DNA of 64,000 bases from Anthoceros angustus (taxonomy: Eukaryota; Plantae; Anthocerotophyta). Location of the stretch: contig MU008167.1 of NCBI GenBank assembly GCA_010909165.1, positions 1,302,001 through 1,366,000 of the forward strand. The letters are read 5' to 3'. Below, in pieces: positions 1 to 10,818 of the stretch. The notes beneath the pieces are model-generated. The model did not search any database, was not told the DNA's origin, and saw only the letters and a list, made by a program, of their open reading frames with translations. Position 1 is the first letter of the stretch. Every line of letters begins with the position of its first letter. The position numbers were made by a program, and so were the translations under genes.

Positions 1-27
1 TGGATGAGCGATGCTTGGGCTTGGTGT

Positions 28-67
28 GATGCTAGGCGATGCTAGGCGATGCTAGGCGATGCTGGGC
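28..67 (+). repeat. GATGCTAGGC decamer tandem repeat (4 units)
   Basis: Read directly from the sequence. Confidence 0.95.
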
Positions 68-144
68 GGGGCTGCTAGGGGGGGCGGCCGCTCTTTAAGC
101 AAGTGGGCAAGGGACTCTGAGTGTCTTGAGGCAGGGGCTGGGGA

Positions 145-325
145 CCAAGTGGCGAGGAGAGGAGGAAGAAGCTCAAGCCCAAGGCCAAGGAGGCAAAGCC
201 CAAGTCCAAGGCCAAGGAGAGGCGAAGAAGCCCAAGTCCAAGGCCAAGGAGGCGAAGAAGCCCAAGTCAAGGCCAAGGAGGAGGCAAGCCCAAGGCCAAG
301 GAGGAGGGAGGCGAAGAAGCCTACC
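145..325 (+). repeat. Purine-rich ~27-36 bp repeat with codon-like structure (EEAKKPKSKAK)
   Basis: Repeated aggcgaagaagcccaagtccaaggccaagg motif. Confidence 0.85.
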
Positions 326-794
326 AAGGAGAGGAATGAGGCCTCCACAAGGGGCTGGCCTTTTAAGGCCAACCAAGGGAGAAACAAGAGTATTTTACTC
401 TTGGGCCCCATTCAAGGGATAAGGGGAAGATGGTATGTCATGGGTATGTATGTCAGTCCATTTGATTTCACTTTCTGTCCAAAACTCCTAGTTAGCCCAT
501 CCAGGTACTGATCCACCCAGGTGCTTAACTATGGAGTTCCTATGCCTTTGCTATCCAACTCACCCAGCTCACATTTTTGACATGAAGCCTGCAGTATTTG
601 TATGCAATTTTAACATGAGCAGATATTCTGAAGATCACATGAAGCCTCCAGAGTCTCTTGGTTGAAATGGGGAAATGGAGCAGGAGGGCCTGCTCGTGGC
701 TCCTTTAGCCTTCTCAAGGCCTGTGCAAGCGCAGGTTTCTTTAAGACGGGCTGGCAGACGCACTGACAGATTATGGGAAGAGGACAGCTAGAAG

Positions 795-887
795 ACACTG
801 GTTGCCACCTGCCTGGTGGACATGTTTACAAAATGTGGAGAACTGGAAGAGGCATGCCGGGATTTTGAGAGCTTGCCCACAAAAGAC
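795..887 (+). pseudogene. Single PLS-class PPR motif fragment
   Basis: Translates TLVATCLVDMFTKCGELEEACRDFESLPTKD, matching the typical xxLVDMYxKCGxLEEAxxxFxxMPxKD PPR motif. More diverged copies lie at ~11027-11118, 12827-12919 and 22547-22639. Confidence 0.7.
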
Positions 888-1212
888 TTGGAAGCCGAAG
901 CTGCAGGCAAGGAGCAGGTGCTGAAGGTACCCAAGCAGGACCCGCAGGCCTTCTCTGCTGCAGCGCTAGCTCCCGGGTGGATCTGACATGTCAGAACGAT
1001 ATCGGGGCCATGCAAGAGGAAGGCGAGGACTGCACCCACTTCTGTGACATGTGTGTTCCTCCTGCAAGCTTATGCAAGTGTGGGACAGGCTGCAGCCACT
1101 TGCTTTCTTGCATCTTTTGTGTATTTTCCTGCTTTGTTTCATGTATCTGCTCTTTCTGCTGCCTACCTTGGAGGGCATACTCCCTAAGTTCTGCACACAA
1201 CCAGGCAAATGT

Positions 1213-2350
1213 AGTAGCATTGCCATCGTCGTATGATGCTTTCAAATTTCATTAATAGTGGAAATCTTCCTTTGTTAATTGAAGCATTGCAAGAAAAGTT
1301 GCTTAATGAGGAGTTAAAAGGCAGCAGAACGTGAGGGTTGCTGTTGGTATTGATGATAATTCTGTAATAGGCTATCAAAACAAACGTCAACGTGTTGCTC
1401 GAAACAGTAATTGGCGTATCTTGCTAGGGAATGAGAATTTCTCATATCCACCTCGTTTTTCATTACAATCATCTCCGGTGTCCGATGGGTTCGGAATTTG
1501 GGTCTCGTCCTTCTCTTAGTTGTTTTAATTGTCATCAACCTGGGCATATTGCTCAGTTTTGTCAATTTCCTAAAGTTCCTAATTTTCCGCCAAGGTTATT
1601 GATGAGCCACAAAGTAATGTTCCTCCGTTATTTTGTTTGTCTACATAACTCTCTATGCTTGTCTTGTTGAGTGCTGCTGGTGGTGTAGATGATGTATGGC
1701 ATATTGATTCTGGTGCGGCTCAATATAACACTAATAAGCAAGATTGGTTTTCGAATTTCAAATCAACGGATATATATTCGTGATAATTCCTCCTATCTCA
1801 TTGAGGGGTGGGAGATAGTGGTGTTGTGAAGTATGATGGTTCTAACGCATATTTGCGTCATGTTCAGATATTCGTGTCTCTAGAAATATATTCGATGATT
1901 CCGATATATTTTCTCGATGGGTTCAAAATGAATTTTCATCGATCGATTTTTCTTATGACCGATCTCGGTGTTTGAACTTTTAAACAATATTATGAGCGTC
2001 TCATTGGTCGGATGCTTAAAATCTTGCATAAATAATGGTGGTGAAGATACTTCAACAAATTTCAAACTTAATTATCTTCTTTGGTATTCAACATCATACT
2101 ACTATTCCTTACTTACCGTAATAGAATGGTCGTAGAAATACAAAATAAAATTCTTGCTGGTGCTTTTGTTGTATGTTATTTGGTATGAGTTTGGCTCCAA
2201 TTTTTGGGTTGAAGCAAATTGCTTACATTATGAATAGGGTTGTTTATGATATTCTTATGGATTAAACTCTAGAGGCATTGTGGATGGTGTTGTTCCTTCT
2301 TCAACAAATCTACATGTGTTTGATGTGACAAGAGAGCAACTCCTAAGAGG
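1213..2350 (+). mobile_element. Decayed Ty1/copia internal region (gag end, zinc knuckle, protease, integrase fragment)
   Basis: LPSSYDAF..LQEKLLNEELK (gag), CFNCHQPGHIAQFC at 1521-1562, DDVWHIDSGAAQ at 1688-1723, and NGGEDTS..IQHHTTIPYLP**NG, where the QQ codons have decayed to TAA TAG. Confidence 0.85.
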
Positions 2351-2504
2351 ATGTTGTCTTACGTCATATTACAAATGCTTTAAATTTACTAGCACCAACA
2401 AATTGATAGAATATGTAAGGACCATAACAAGAGCTTTATACATATATAACAACAAAGATAGATATTACAACAGAGTGCACAAAATTAGATGTGCAAAATA
2501 CTAT

Positions 2505-3403
2505 TGTCTTACGGACCCTTATAAAGGTGGAGGACCTTCATGAGCTCGATGGTCTACCTTGGACAAAGGCGGGGTTGGCCTCCCCTTTCCAAAGGTCATG
2601 GCAAATTTTCACAACGAGTTTCCATCGCCTCGCAGGTGTTGGCCGCCATCTTTAGGACGATCATGATTCCTAGAAACGCAGATCGGTGGCAGAGGTAAGT
2701 AGGTCCTTCTCTATCTCGACATATCTTGGGGTGGTTAGTTAGGGTAGATTAGTGCGGGGCACGCCGACCGTGCCCCGCTATGTGTTGTCCCCGCCATGTG
2801 AGTGATACTAATCTCGCACTTGGGTTTAGTGTTGATTAGCATTAATTAATCTAATTACTTATCTTTAAGTAAGTAATTAGTGTTAATTAATCTAATGTGC
2901 TTATGTTAATTAAGCGTGAGATTAGTGTTAATTAATCTAATGTGCTTATGTTAATTAAGCATTGATTAGTGTTAATTAAACATGGTTAGCAATAGCTAAG
3001 TGGATAAGCTCAAGTAATATGGGGCATATTCCTTGCATATTATAGTGTATTCTTAGGATACAATAGCTAAGTGGATAAGCTCAAGTAATATGCTTTGGCA
3101 TATTCCTTGCATATTATAGTGTATTCTTAGGATATTTCGCATATGTCGATGCCAATAGGATATCTTAGAATATGCTGTGGTCTAGTATATAGACCCTTCC
3201 ATTGAGGACAAGCTCGGATCATAGCTTGTCCTCTAGATATGCAATGCAAGAGCGTTGTGAGGAGGCCAAAGCTATGACTGAGAGCGATGTGTGAGGAATT
3301 ATGTTGTTCTCGTGGGGAGAGTGTGTTTGTGCCACGATGCGAGCTACTCCCTCCGTTGTTGTTATGATCTCGTAGTACACTAGATAGGCCGTGAGGGCTT
3401 AGT
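2505..3403 (+). mobile_element. LTR-like block with internal TTAATT-rich and ~73-bp direct repeats
   Basis: Starts with TG (TGTCTTACGG), contains a TATA-like ctagtatataga and internal tandem duplications, and precedes the gag-protease region in each unit. The 3' boundary and PBS were not identified. Confidence 0.5.
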
Positions 3404-3453
3404 GATGCTAGGCGATGCTAGGCGATGCTAGGCGATGCTAGGCGATGCTAGGC
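3404..3453 (+). repeat. GATGCTAGGC decamer tandem repeat (5 units)
   Basis: Read directly from the sequence. Confidence 0.95.
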
Positions 3454-3720
3454 GAGGCGAAGAAGCCCAAGCCCAAGTCAAGGCCAAGGAGGAGGCGAAG
3501 AAGCCCAAGGCTTGAGGCCCAGAGGACCAAGCCCAAGGCCAAGGAGAGGAGAAGCTGCCCAAGGCCAAGGAGAGGAGGCGAAGAAGCCCAAGTCCAAGGC
3601 CAAGGAGGAGGCGAAGAAGCCCAAGGCCAAGGAGAGGAGGCGAAGAAGCCCAAGTCCAAGGCCAAGGAGAGGAGAAGCCCAAGTCCAAGGCCAAGGAGAG
3701 GAGGAGGCGAAGAAGCCCAT
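3454..3720 (+). repeat. KPK-type purine-rich repeat array
   Basis: Same motif as at 145-325. Short pieces of it also intrude at ~4750-4830 and ~5545-5595. Confidence 0.85.
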
Positions 3721-3851
3721 ACCAAGGAGAGGAATGAGGCTCCATAAGGGGGCTGGCCTTTAAGGCCAACCAACCAAGGGAGAACAAGAGTATTTTACTC
3801 TTGGGCCCGGATTCCAAGGGATAAGGGAAGTGGATACATGATGTCATCAGT

Positions 3852-4119
3852 CCATTTGAGGGACGTGCATGAGCAGTCCTTTCGGATTTGTGCTCTGTAG
3901 CTACTAATACAAGGAAGAATGAAGAATGTTACACAGGTACATCCAGACGTTCTTGACGAACACGCTGGAGGTGGTGTTGTTTTCAGCGTTTTCAGCTTCC
4001 ACGCTCCCACACTTTATAATCGGGCCCTCTAAGCTTCCAGTTATGCCCCTGCGGCCAGTAGTCCCCAGGCCCGATCTTGACGACGAGGCGATCGTCGATG
4101 ATAGCAGCGTAAAACTCCT
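3852..4119 (-). pseudogene. Scrap of the alpha-amylase 3' end inserted in the repeat unit
   Basis: Near-identical to the amylase C-terminal coding end (AIVDDSSV on the + reading; LVVKIGPGDYWPQGHNWK on the -) plus its 3' flank. Confidence 0.85.
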
Positions 4120-4329
4120 AGTTAGGCACACCCATCCAGTACTCGATCCACCCCACGGTGCTTAACTTGGAGTTCCTATGCCTTTGCTATCCAACTCACC
4201 CACTCACATTTTTGACAGATATAGCCTGCAGAGTATTTGTATGCAACATGCATAGATACTTAGAGGTTTCACTAATCACGATCTAAGATAGCGTGTGTTA
4301 ACCTTGATTAAGGGTTTGATCTAGCCACT

Positions 4330-7300
4330 AACCGCCTGAGTGTGCATCGACACACTCGATCCGGACGGAGCTACCAACCAGCAAGTCCATCGAGCGAATT
4401 CAAGTCCCGACCAAGAGGAGAAGTGCACCGATTTTGGTACCACCGGACGACGGAGGAACCCAGCGACACAATCAACAATCTTTGAAGGATCTGTGAGTGG
4501 CAACACACAAGACACGTTAGTGCCGCCGACAACTCAAGCGACAATGAGGAGGACTTGTCTCTTGGAGTCGTCAAGATGGGAGGAGACAAGGATCGAATGG
4601 AGTTGTTCACAGACGAGCACCTTGCCACCGGAGGACTTCATCGAGAAGTACGGTGCTGTGAGATGGAATTGAAGACCGGATACACGAAGCGATACGGCTT
4701 CATCCAAATGCCAAGTACTTGGGGATGAAGCATTGCTATCGCGAGCACAAGGCGAGGAGGAGGCGAAGAAGCCCAAGTCCAAGGCCAAGGAGGAGGAGGA
4801 GGCGAAGAAGCCCAAGGCCAAGGAGAGGAGAAGTGCACCGAGTGGGCACGATCCCATCAAGAGATGTTTGACATCTTCCCCGGAGTTTCGCAAGCACGGA
4901 TGAGAAGATCTCCGATGACACACTTCAAGATGAAGTCAGCGAGATCCAAGATGGCTTATCGAAGAATCGACCAGTTGGTACGTGACACCAAGATCATGAG
5001 TGACCGACCGTCAGAGAAGTACTTGCTGTGCATTGCCATATGCATCGCATGAAGGTGCAACAAGCGGTGCAGCACGGCGGGGCAACACTACACCCTCAAG
5101 GAAGTGTACGAGATGGTCGACAAGATAGGGCCCACCGACACTTTCTCTCTGCTGTGATTACTCCAAAGACAAGTAGGAGTGGTGGACGACATGACCGACG
5201 CGGAGGTCGAGTGGAGGAGCTCGAGACAAGCCACCCACCCAAGTGGCGAGCCCTGCGTGAGGTGCCGAGGACGGACCATTCCCTCATGAGTGCGAGCATG
5301 CATTCGGAGGAGTCAAGGGTGAGGAGCCATGCCCTAGGTGTGGAGGTACAATGAAGCAGAAGCATCCGAATTGCGCCACGGGAGCAACCCCGCCAATGCA
5401 TCTGCGCCAACCTCATCCACAAAATCAGCGAAGAGCAAAGGCGCCGTGGAGGAGGCACAAGTCCTGGACAAAAGAAACGGAAGCATCAAAGAAGACGATT
5501 ACGTGGCACGCCTTGCAAAGCTGGAGAAGAAGGCGAAGATCAAGGAGAGGAGGCGAAGAAGCCCAAGTCCAAGGCCAAGGAGAGGAGGCGAAGAAGATGA
5601 GCACAAGCTTGGATACATGGCGTGACCCGGATCCAAGGGCAGGGAAGAAACCTCTGGCGGCTACGAGAGAAGATAGCTCGAGGAGGAAGAGGATGTCTTG
5701 ACACCGGCGGTGAAGACACGGAAGGAAGCTTGGGATCCTCTTCCCAGAACCTATGCCAAGATGCCAAAGTCGTTTGAGCCATTGCCAGCAGAGCAAGCGT
5801 GGGAGCAACATCAAAGTCAGTGGGCGATGTGGAGAAACCCATGCAGATTGCGGAGCGATGGCACAAAAGCTTCGGAGATGCCATGTTTGACCTACAAGAC
5901 ATGGGGTTGGCGTGAAGGAAGTCGGGGTTTGACTCGGCGGATGTTGACAACCCTTGAAGGCGAAGCAAGTGTCGACAATGTGCCAGTGGCAATGATGTCA
6001 TTCTGACCTCGGGCCAAGCATCTCGTGGAGGCGGAATCTTTGCCGCAGTGGGAGTGGCTTTGGTCAACAATCGAGAGGCACATTGAAATCAATGGATTCG
6101 CACCAAGGAGGTGTTGATTGACACCGAGCACAGCCGTGATCGTTGGAAGAAGAGTGAAGGAAGCGTTGGGTCTCCACCAAGAAAGGTTGAAGGAAACCAA
6201 GTGGAAGATCCAGACTGCACTGGGACCACGAGCATGTGTTGGGGTGACAAGGTACAAGCTGAAGGTTTCATTCAAACCAAGAACAACAGACTTCACCTTT
6301 GTCGGTACCTTTGGTCACGAGACACTTTTGATGTCTTCTTTGGGAGGGACGCTTTGTACAAACAGAGTCATGGTGGATTTGTGCTCTGTAGCTACTAATA
6401 CAAGGAAGAATGAAGAATGTTACACAGGTACATCCAGACGTTCTTGACGAACACGCTGGAGGTGGTGTTGTTTTCAGCGTTTTCAGCGCTCCCACACTTT
6501 ATAATCGGGCCCTCTAAGGCAAGCTTCCAGTTATGCCCCTGCGGCCAGTAGTCCCCAGGCCCGATCTTGACGACGAGGCGATCGTCGATGATAGCAGCGT
6601 AAAACTCCTTCCTAGCCTCGAGAATATCGGTGGAGCTCCTGGAGTGAATGTTGGCCTTCTTCCTCAAGGCGATGAGCTTCCGGATTGGCTCCCGCAGCGT
6701 AGGGTCTTTGATGTGGTCGTAGAAGACGGCAACATGGCCCGGGTGCGTGAGGATGTAAGCATAGCCCTGCAGCTCCTTCCCGGCCGGGAAGCGCCAGTGG
6801 CCCTGCGTGGATCCCGTGTCGTGGTTGTCGATGAAGGTAACGGCCCGGGCGGACCACCATCCGAGCACCCGGGGTTTGCGCTTGTTGTCCGTGAGCCGCC
6901 AGTACTCGCACCTCTCGATGGCCGCATGCAGAACGCCCTTGGTGGTGAAGTCGAAGGCGGCCGCCTTGTCCCCGTGGCGTTGATCCAGTTCACGATCCGC
7001 TGCCGGTGCGCGTTCTGGTTGAAATCAAGCTCCCGTTGCTGTAGGACATGCAGTCCCAGAACTCCCCTACGGAGAAGGCGGGCTGGCTGGCGTCGATGTA
7101 TTCCTTCACATGCCCGCCCCAGAAGCCGCGGACGTAGTCGAACCTCCAGCCGTCGAAGCCGACCTCGGATTTCAGCCACTGCAGCCACTCGCAGAGATCC
7201 CGCCGGACGAAGTCCTGGGAGTGGTCGATGTTCGGGGCGGCGTGGAAGTTCTCCCGCTGCTGTGGTTGCCCCGGCCTTGAAGTTAGGGTCGTCGGAGACG

Positions 7301-8230
7301 ATGGCCCAAAAGCTCGAGATGCCATGTTTGACCTACAAGACATGGGGTTGAGGAAGGAAGTCGGGGTTTGACTGGATGTTGACAACCCTTGAAGGCGAAG
7401 CAAGTGTCGACAATGTGCCACAACAGTGGCAATGATGTCATTGCGACCTCGAGCCAAGCATCTGCCTTGAGCTAGCCCTTGCCGTAGGGATTCCGGGATT
7501 CGCAGTGGGAGCGCTCGGAGATTGTCGGGTGCAATTCAGTAGTGGGAGTGGCTTTGGTCAACAATCGAGAGGCACATTGAAATCAATGGATTCGCACCAA
7601 GGAGGTGTTGATTGACACCGAGCACAGCCGTGATCGTTGGAAGAAGAGTGAAGGAAGCGTTGGGTCTCCACCAAGAAAGGTTGAAGGAAACCAAGTGGAA
7701 GATCCGGACCGCAGGGGACCACGGAGCATGTGTTGGGGTGACAAGGTACAAGCTGAAGGTTTCATTCAAACCAAGAACAACAGACTTCACCTTTGTCGGT
7801 ACCTTTGGTCACGAGACACTTTTGATGTCTTCTTTGGGAGGGACGCTTTGTACAAACAGAGTCATGGTGGATTTGTGGACGGAGACTACTATCGACTGTG
7901 CCGAGAAGTCGGAGCAAACCGATGAACGGATTGCCCGCATCCCTCTGCACCGCAAGGCATCATGAGAACCTCATTGCCAGGCTCACCCAAAGGTTTGGCG
8001 CCCAGAGTGACACGCCATACGTGCTTGAACCTCTTGGCGTGTGTCTAACAACCGCAATCGACCTGATGGAGGATTTCGGCGAGGAGGAGGAAGACAAGCT
8101 AGGTTGCAACCACCCTCGGAGGAGGTTCTTCAAGTCACTCGACGGAGCTGACTGCAGCAATGAGCCGTGCAAAAGCCGTGGAGGATGGTGCAAGAGGACC
8201 AAGGTCCTATGAGCCAAGAACTGTAAGTTC
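4330..8230 (+). mobile_element. Ty3/gypsy-like gag-protease remnant, scrambled copy interrupted by an amylase segment
   Basis: Same sequence as 16520-18970. The protease motif VLIDT(G)AQPVIVG at ~6111 and ~7605 needs 1-bp corrections; FDVFFG.DAL follows. Confidence 0.65.
6483..7305 (-). pseudogene. Partial alpha-amylase duplicate (C-terminal two-thirds of the catalytic domain)
   Basis: GFDGWRFDYVRGF, GEFWD and VTFIDNHDTGSTQGHWRFP motifs. The 5' part is missing and the copy joins gag sequence at GGAGACGATGGC. Confidence 0.9.
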
Positions 8231-9572
8231 TGCCTAGGGTTGAGCTGTTTGTGACCTAAACACCCCGGTCATCACATGGCGACCTCGGGAAAACGGCATA
8301 GTGATGGTGGAACTCTTTGGGCATCGATTACCGGCTTGGGGCAGTGCTAGAGTGGCATCAAAGTGCGAAGATCGTGCATTGTGACCCGGATCAAAAGCAA
8401 GGATTGTGCCACGATGTGCGAGCTACTCCTCCTGTTGTTCTGTTGCACCTATATATCTGCATCGATTTGTTTGCTTGTTGGTCGAGGAAGTGCTTATATG
8501 AATTCGGCCACCTCGCATGCGACATCCCCTTCGCCTTGGGTAGATGGGATTTCCATCTGCCTTTTATAAAGTCTCCACATTCCCTTTGGACAATTTGTTC
8601 ATCTCAAACCGGTCTTGTGCCTCTAAAGGAAAAAACTTGCCATAAGGAAAAGCCATGCTTAAGAGTCTCAAAGTCTACTGCCTTAAGATTTATTGTTCAA
8701 TAAATCGCCTGTGGTTGTAGAAGTAGAAAACCCGACACAACATTGAGGTGGCACCGAGTTGATCTGCGGTGTCATGAGAAGGGAAAAGAAAAGTAGGGCT
8801 TCTCCTTAATCCTCTTCGTACCATATACAACACCCCGGGGATTAGCATATAAGTGTTTGCTACTAGAAATAAAGGAGAGACACACCCATGTGGAAAAGCA
8901 AAACGTTTTTGAGGGAGGAGAGATGATGGGGAGAGCCCATCTAGCAGAGGCTGGCAGGCAGGCATATGTCACACCTACCGCTTGGAAAAAGACTCCCACT
9001 TTGATTGATCCGTACAGTTTCATGTTTGGTGCGCCAAGTCTTGCAAACACGTTTCGATTCACTCCTGGACGTCTCACTTGCAGGAAGCGCGAGCGGCTGA
9101 TGTACGTACATCCGCTGCCAAGTCCGGAGCAGCCAAGGAGCACTTGAGAGAAAAGCGGCGAGCAGTTCTGAGCACAAGGAGCGAGTTCTGACTGATTGGT
9201 GTTCGCAGAAACAGACCAATTCTGTGAAAGCCAATTCGTGGTGGGTGGAAGCGGTTTCGAAAGTCTGTTCACGTCGGAACAGGTTATGCGTGCCTACACT
9301 TGACAGTTGCAGAAGGACTTGTCTAACGTCTAGAGAACAAGTTTTGAAAATGCCTCTCTCGTGCGAGTTCCTCTGAGAACTGGGAGAATATTGAATGGAG
9401 CAGCGTAGAGCTGGCTGGGCAGGTCCCAATCTCCATTTGAGGGACGTGCATGAGCAGTCCTTTCGGATTTGTGCTCTGTAGCTACTAATACAAGGAAGAA
9501 TGAAGAATGTTACACAGGTACATCCAGACGTTCTTGACGAACACGCTGGAGGTGGTGTTGTTTTCAGCGTTT

Positions 9573-10818
9573 TCAGCTTCCACGCCCACACTTTATAATC
9601 GGGCCCTCTAAGGCAAGCTTCCAGTTATGCCCCTGCGGCCAGTAGTCCCCAGGCCCGATCTTGACGACGAGGCGATCGTCGATGATAGCAGCGTAAAACT
9701 CCTTCCTAGCCTCGAGAATATCGGTGGAGCTCCTGGAGTGAATGTTGGCCTTCTTCCTCAAGGCGATGAGCTTCCGGATTGGCTCCCGCAGCGTAGGGTC
9801 TTTGATGTGGTCGTAGAAGACGGCAACATGGCCCGGGTGCGTGAGGATGTAAGCATAGCCCTGCAGCTCCTTCCCGGCCGGGAAGCGCCAGTGGCCCTGC
9901 GTGGATCCCGTGTCGTGGTTGTCGATGAAGGTAACGGCCCGGGCGGACCACCATCCGAGCACCCCGGGGTTTGCGCTTGTTGTCCGTGAGCCGCCAGTAC
10001 GCACCTCTCGATGGGTTCAAAATGAATTTTCATCGATCGATTTTTCTTACATGACCGATCTCGGTGTTTGAACTTTTAAACAATATTATGAGCGTCTCAT
10101 TGGTCGGATGCTTAAAATCTTGCGTACAATAATGGTGGTGAAGTCGAAGGCGGCCGCCTTGTCCCCGTGGCGTTGATCCAGTTCACGATCCGCCCGGTGC
10201 GCGTTCTGAAATCAAGCTCCCGTTGCTGTAGGACATGCAGTCCCAGAACTCCCCTACGGAGAAGGCGGGCTGGCTGGCATCGATGTATTCCTTCACATGC
10301 CCGCCCCAGAAGCCGCGGACGTAGTCGAACCTCCAGCCGTCGAAGCCGACCTCGGATTTCAGCCACTGCAGCCACTGCAGAGATCCCGCCGGACGAAGTC
10401 CTGGAGTGGTCGATGTTCGGGGCGGCGGAAGTTCTCCCGCTGCTGTGGTTGCCCCGGCCTTGAAGTTAGGGTCGTCGGAGACGATGGCCCGGTCGTTCCA
10501 GTTCATCTTCCCGCCGTACACATTCCAGATGCCCTGGCTGTTCTGCGCCTGCGCGCAGCGGTGGTTCACCACGATGTCTGCCAGAACCTGGATGCCTACG
10601 CTGTGGAGCTTGGCGAGGGCTTCCTTCAGGTCGGCCAGGCTGCCGTACTTGGAGTCCAGGTTGTACAGGTCTGTTGGCATGTAACCCTCGGGAGCTACGG
10701 ACTGGGATGGAGGGGAGCCAGATGGAAGTGAACCCAAATCCGACCAGGTCGTCTGCTTGGGATGCGATGGTCTTGTACCAGTTGTCTGATTTGTGGGACT
10801 CCCAGTTGAAGCCTTGGA
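9573..10818 (-). pseudogene. 5'-truncated alpha-amylase duplicate (QGFNW to stop) with a ~130-bp copia-derived interruption at 10006-10143
   Basis: All GH13 motifs are present. The sequence upstream of QGFNW is non-amylase, with an in-frame TGA just before V-Q-G-F-N-W. Confidence 0.9.

Noticed and set aside
52-511. Leu/Gly-rich and Arg-rich ORFs over the KPK repeats
   Set aside because: They are alternative frames and antisense readings of a low-complexity repeat.
6533-9989. Long plus-strand ORFs (MPLRPVVPRP...) repeated in each unit
   Set aside because: They are antisense shadows of GC-rich amylase codons.
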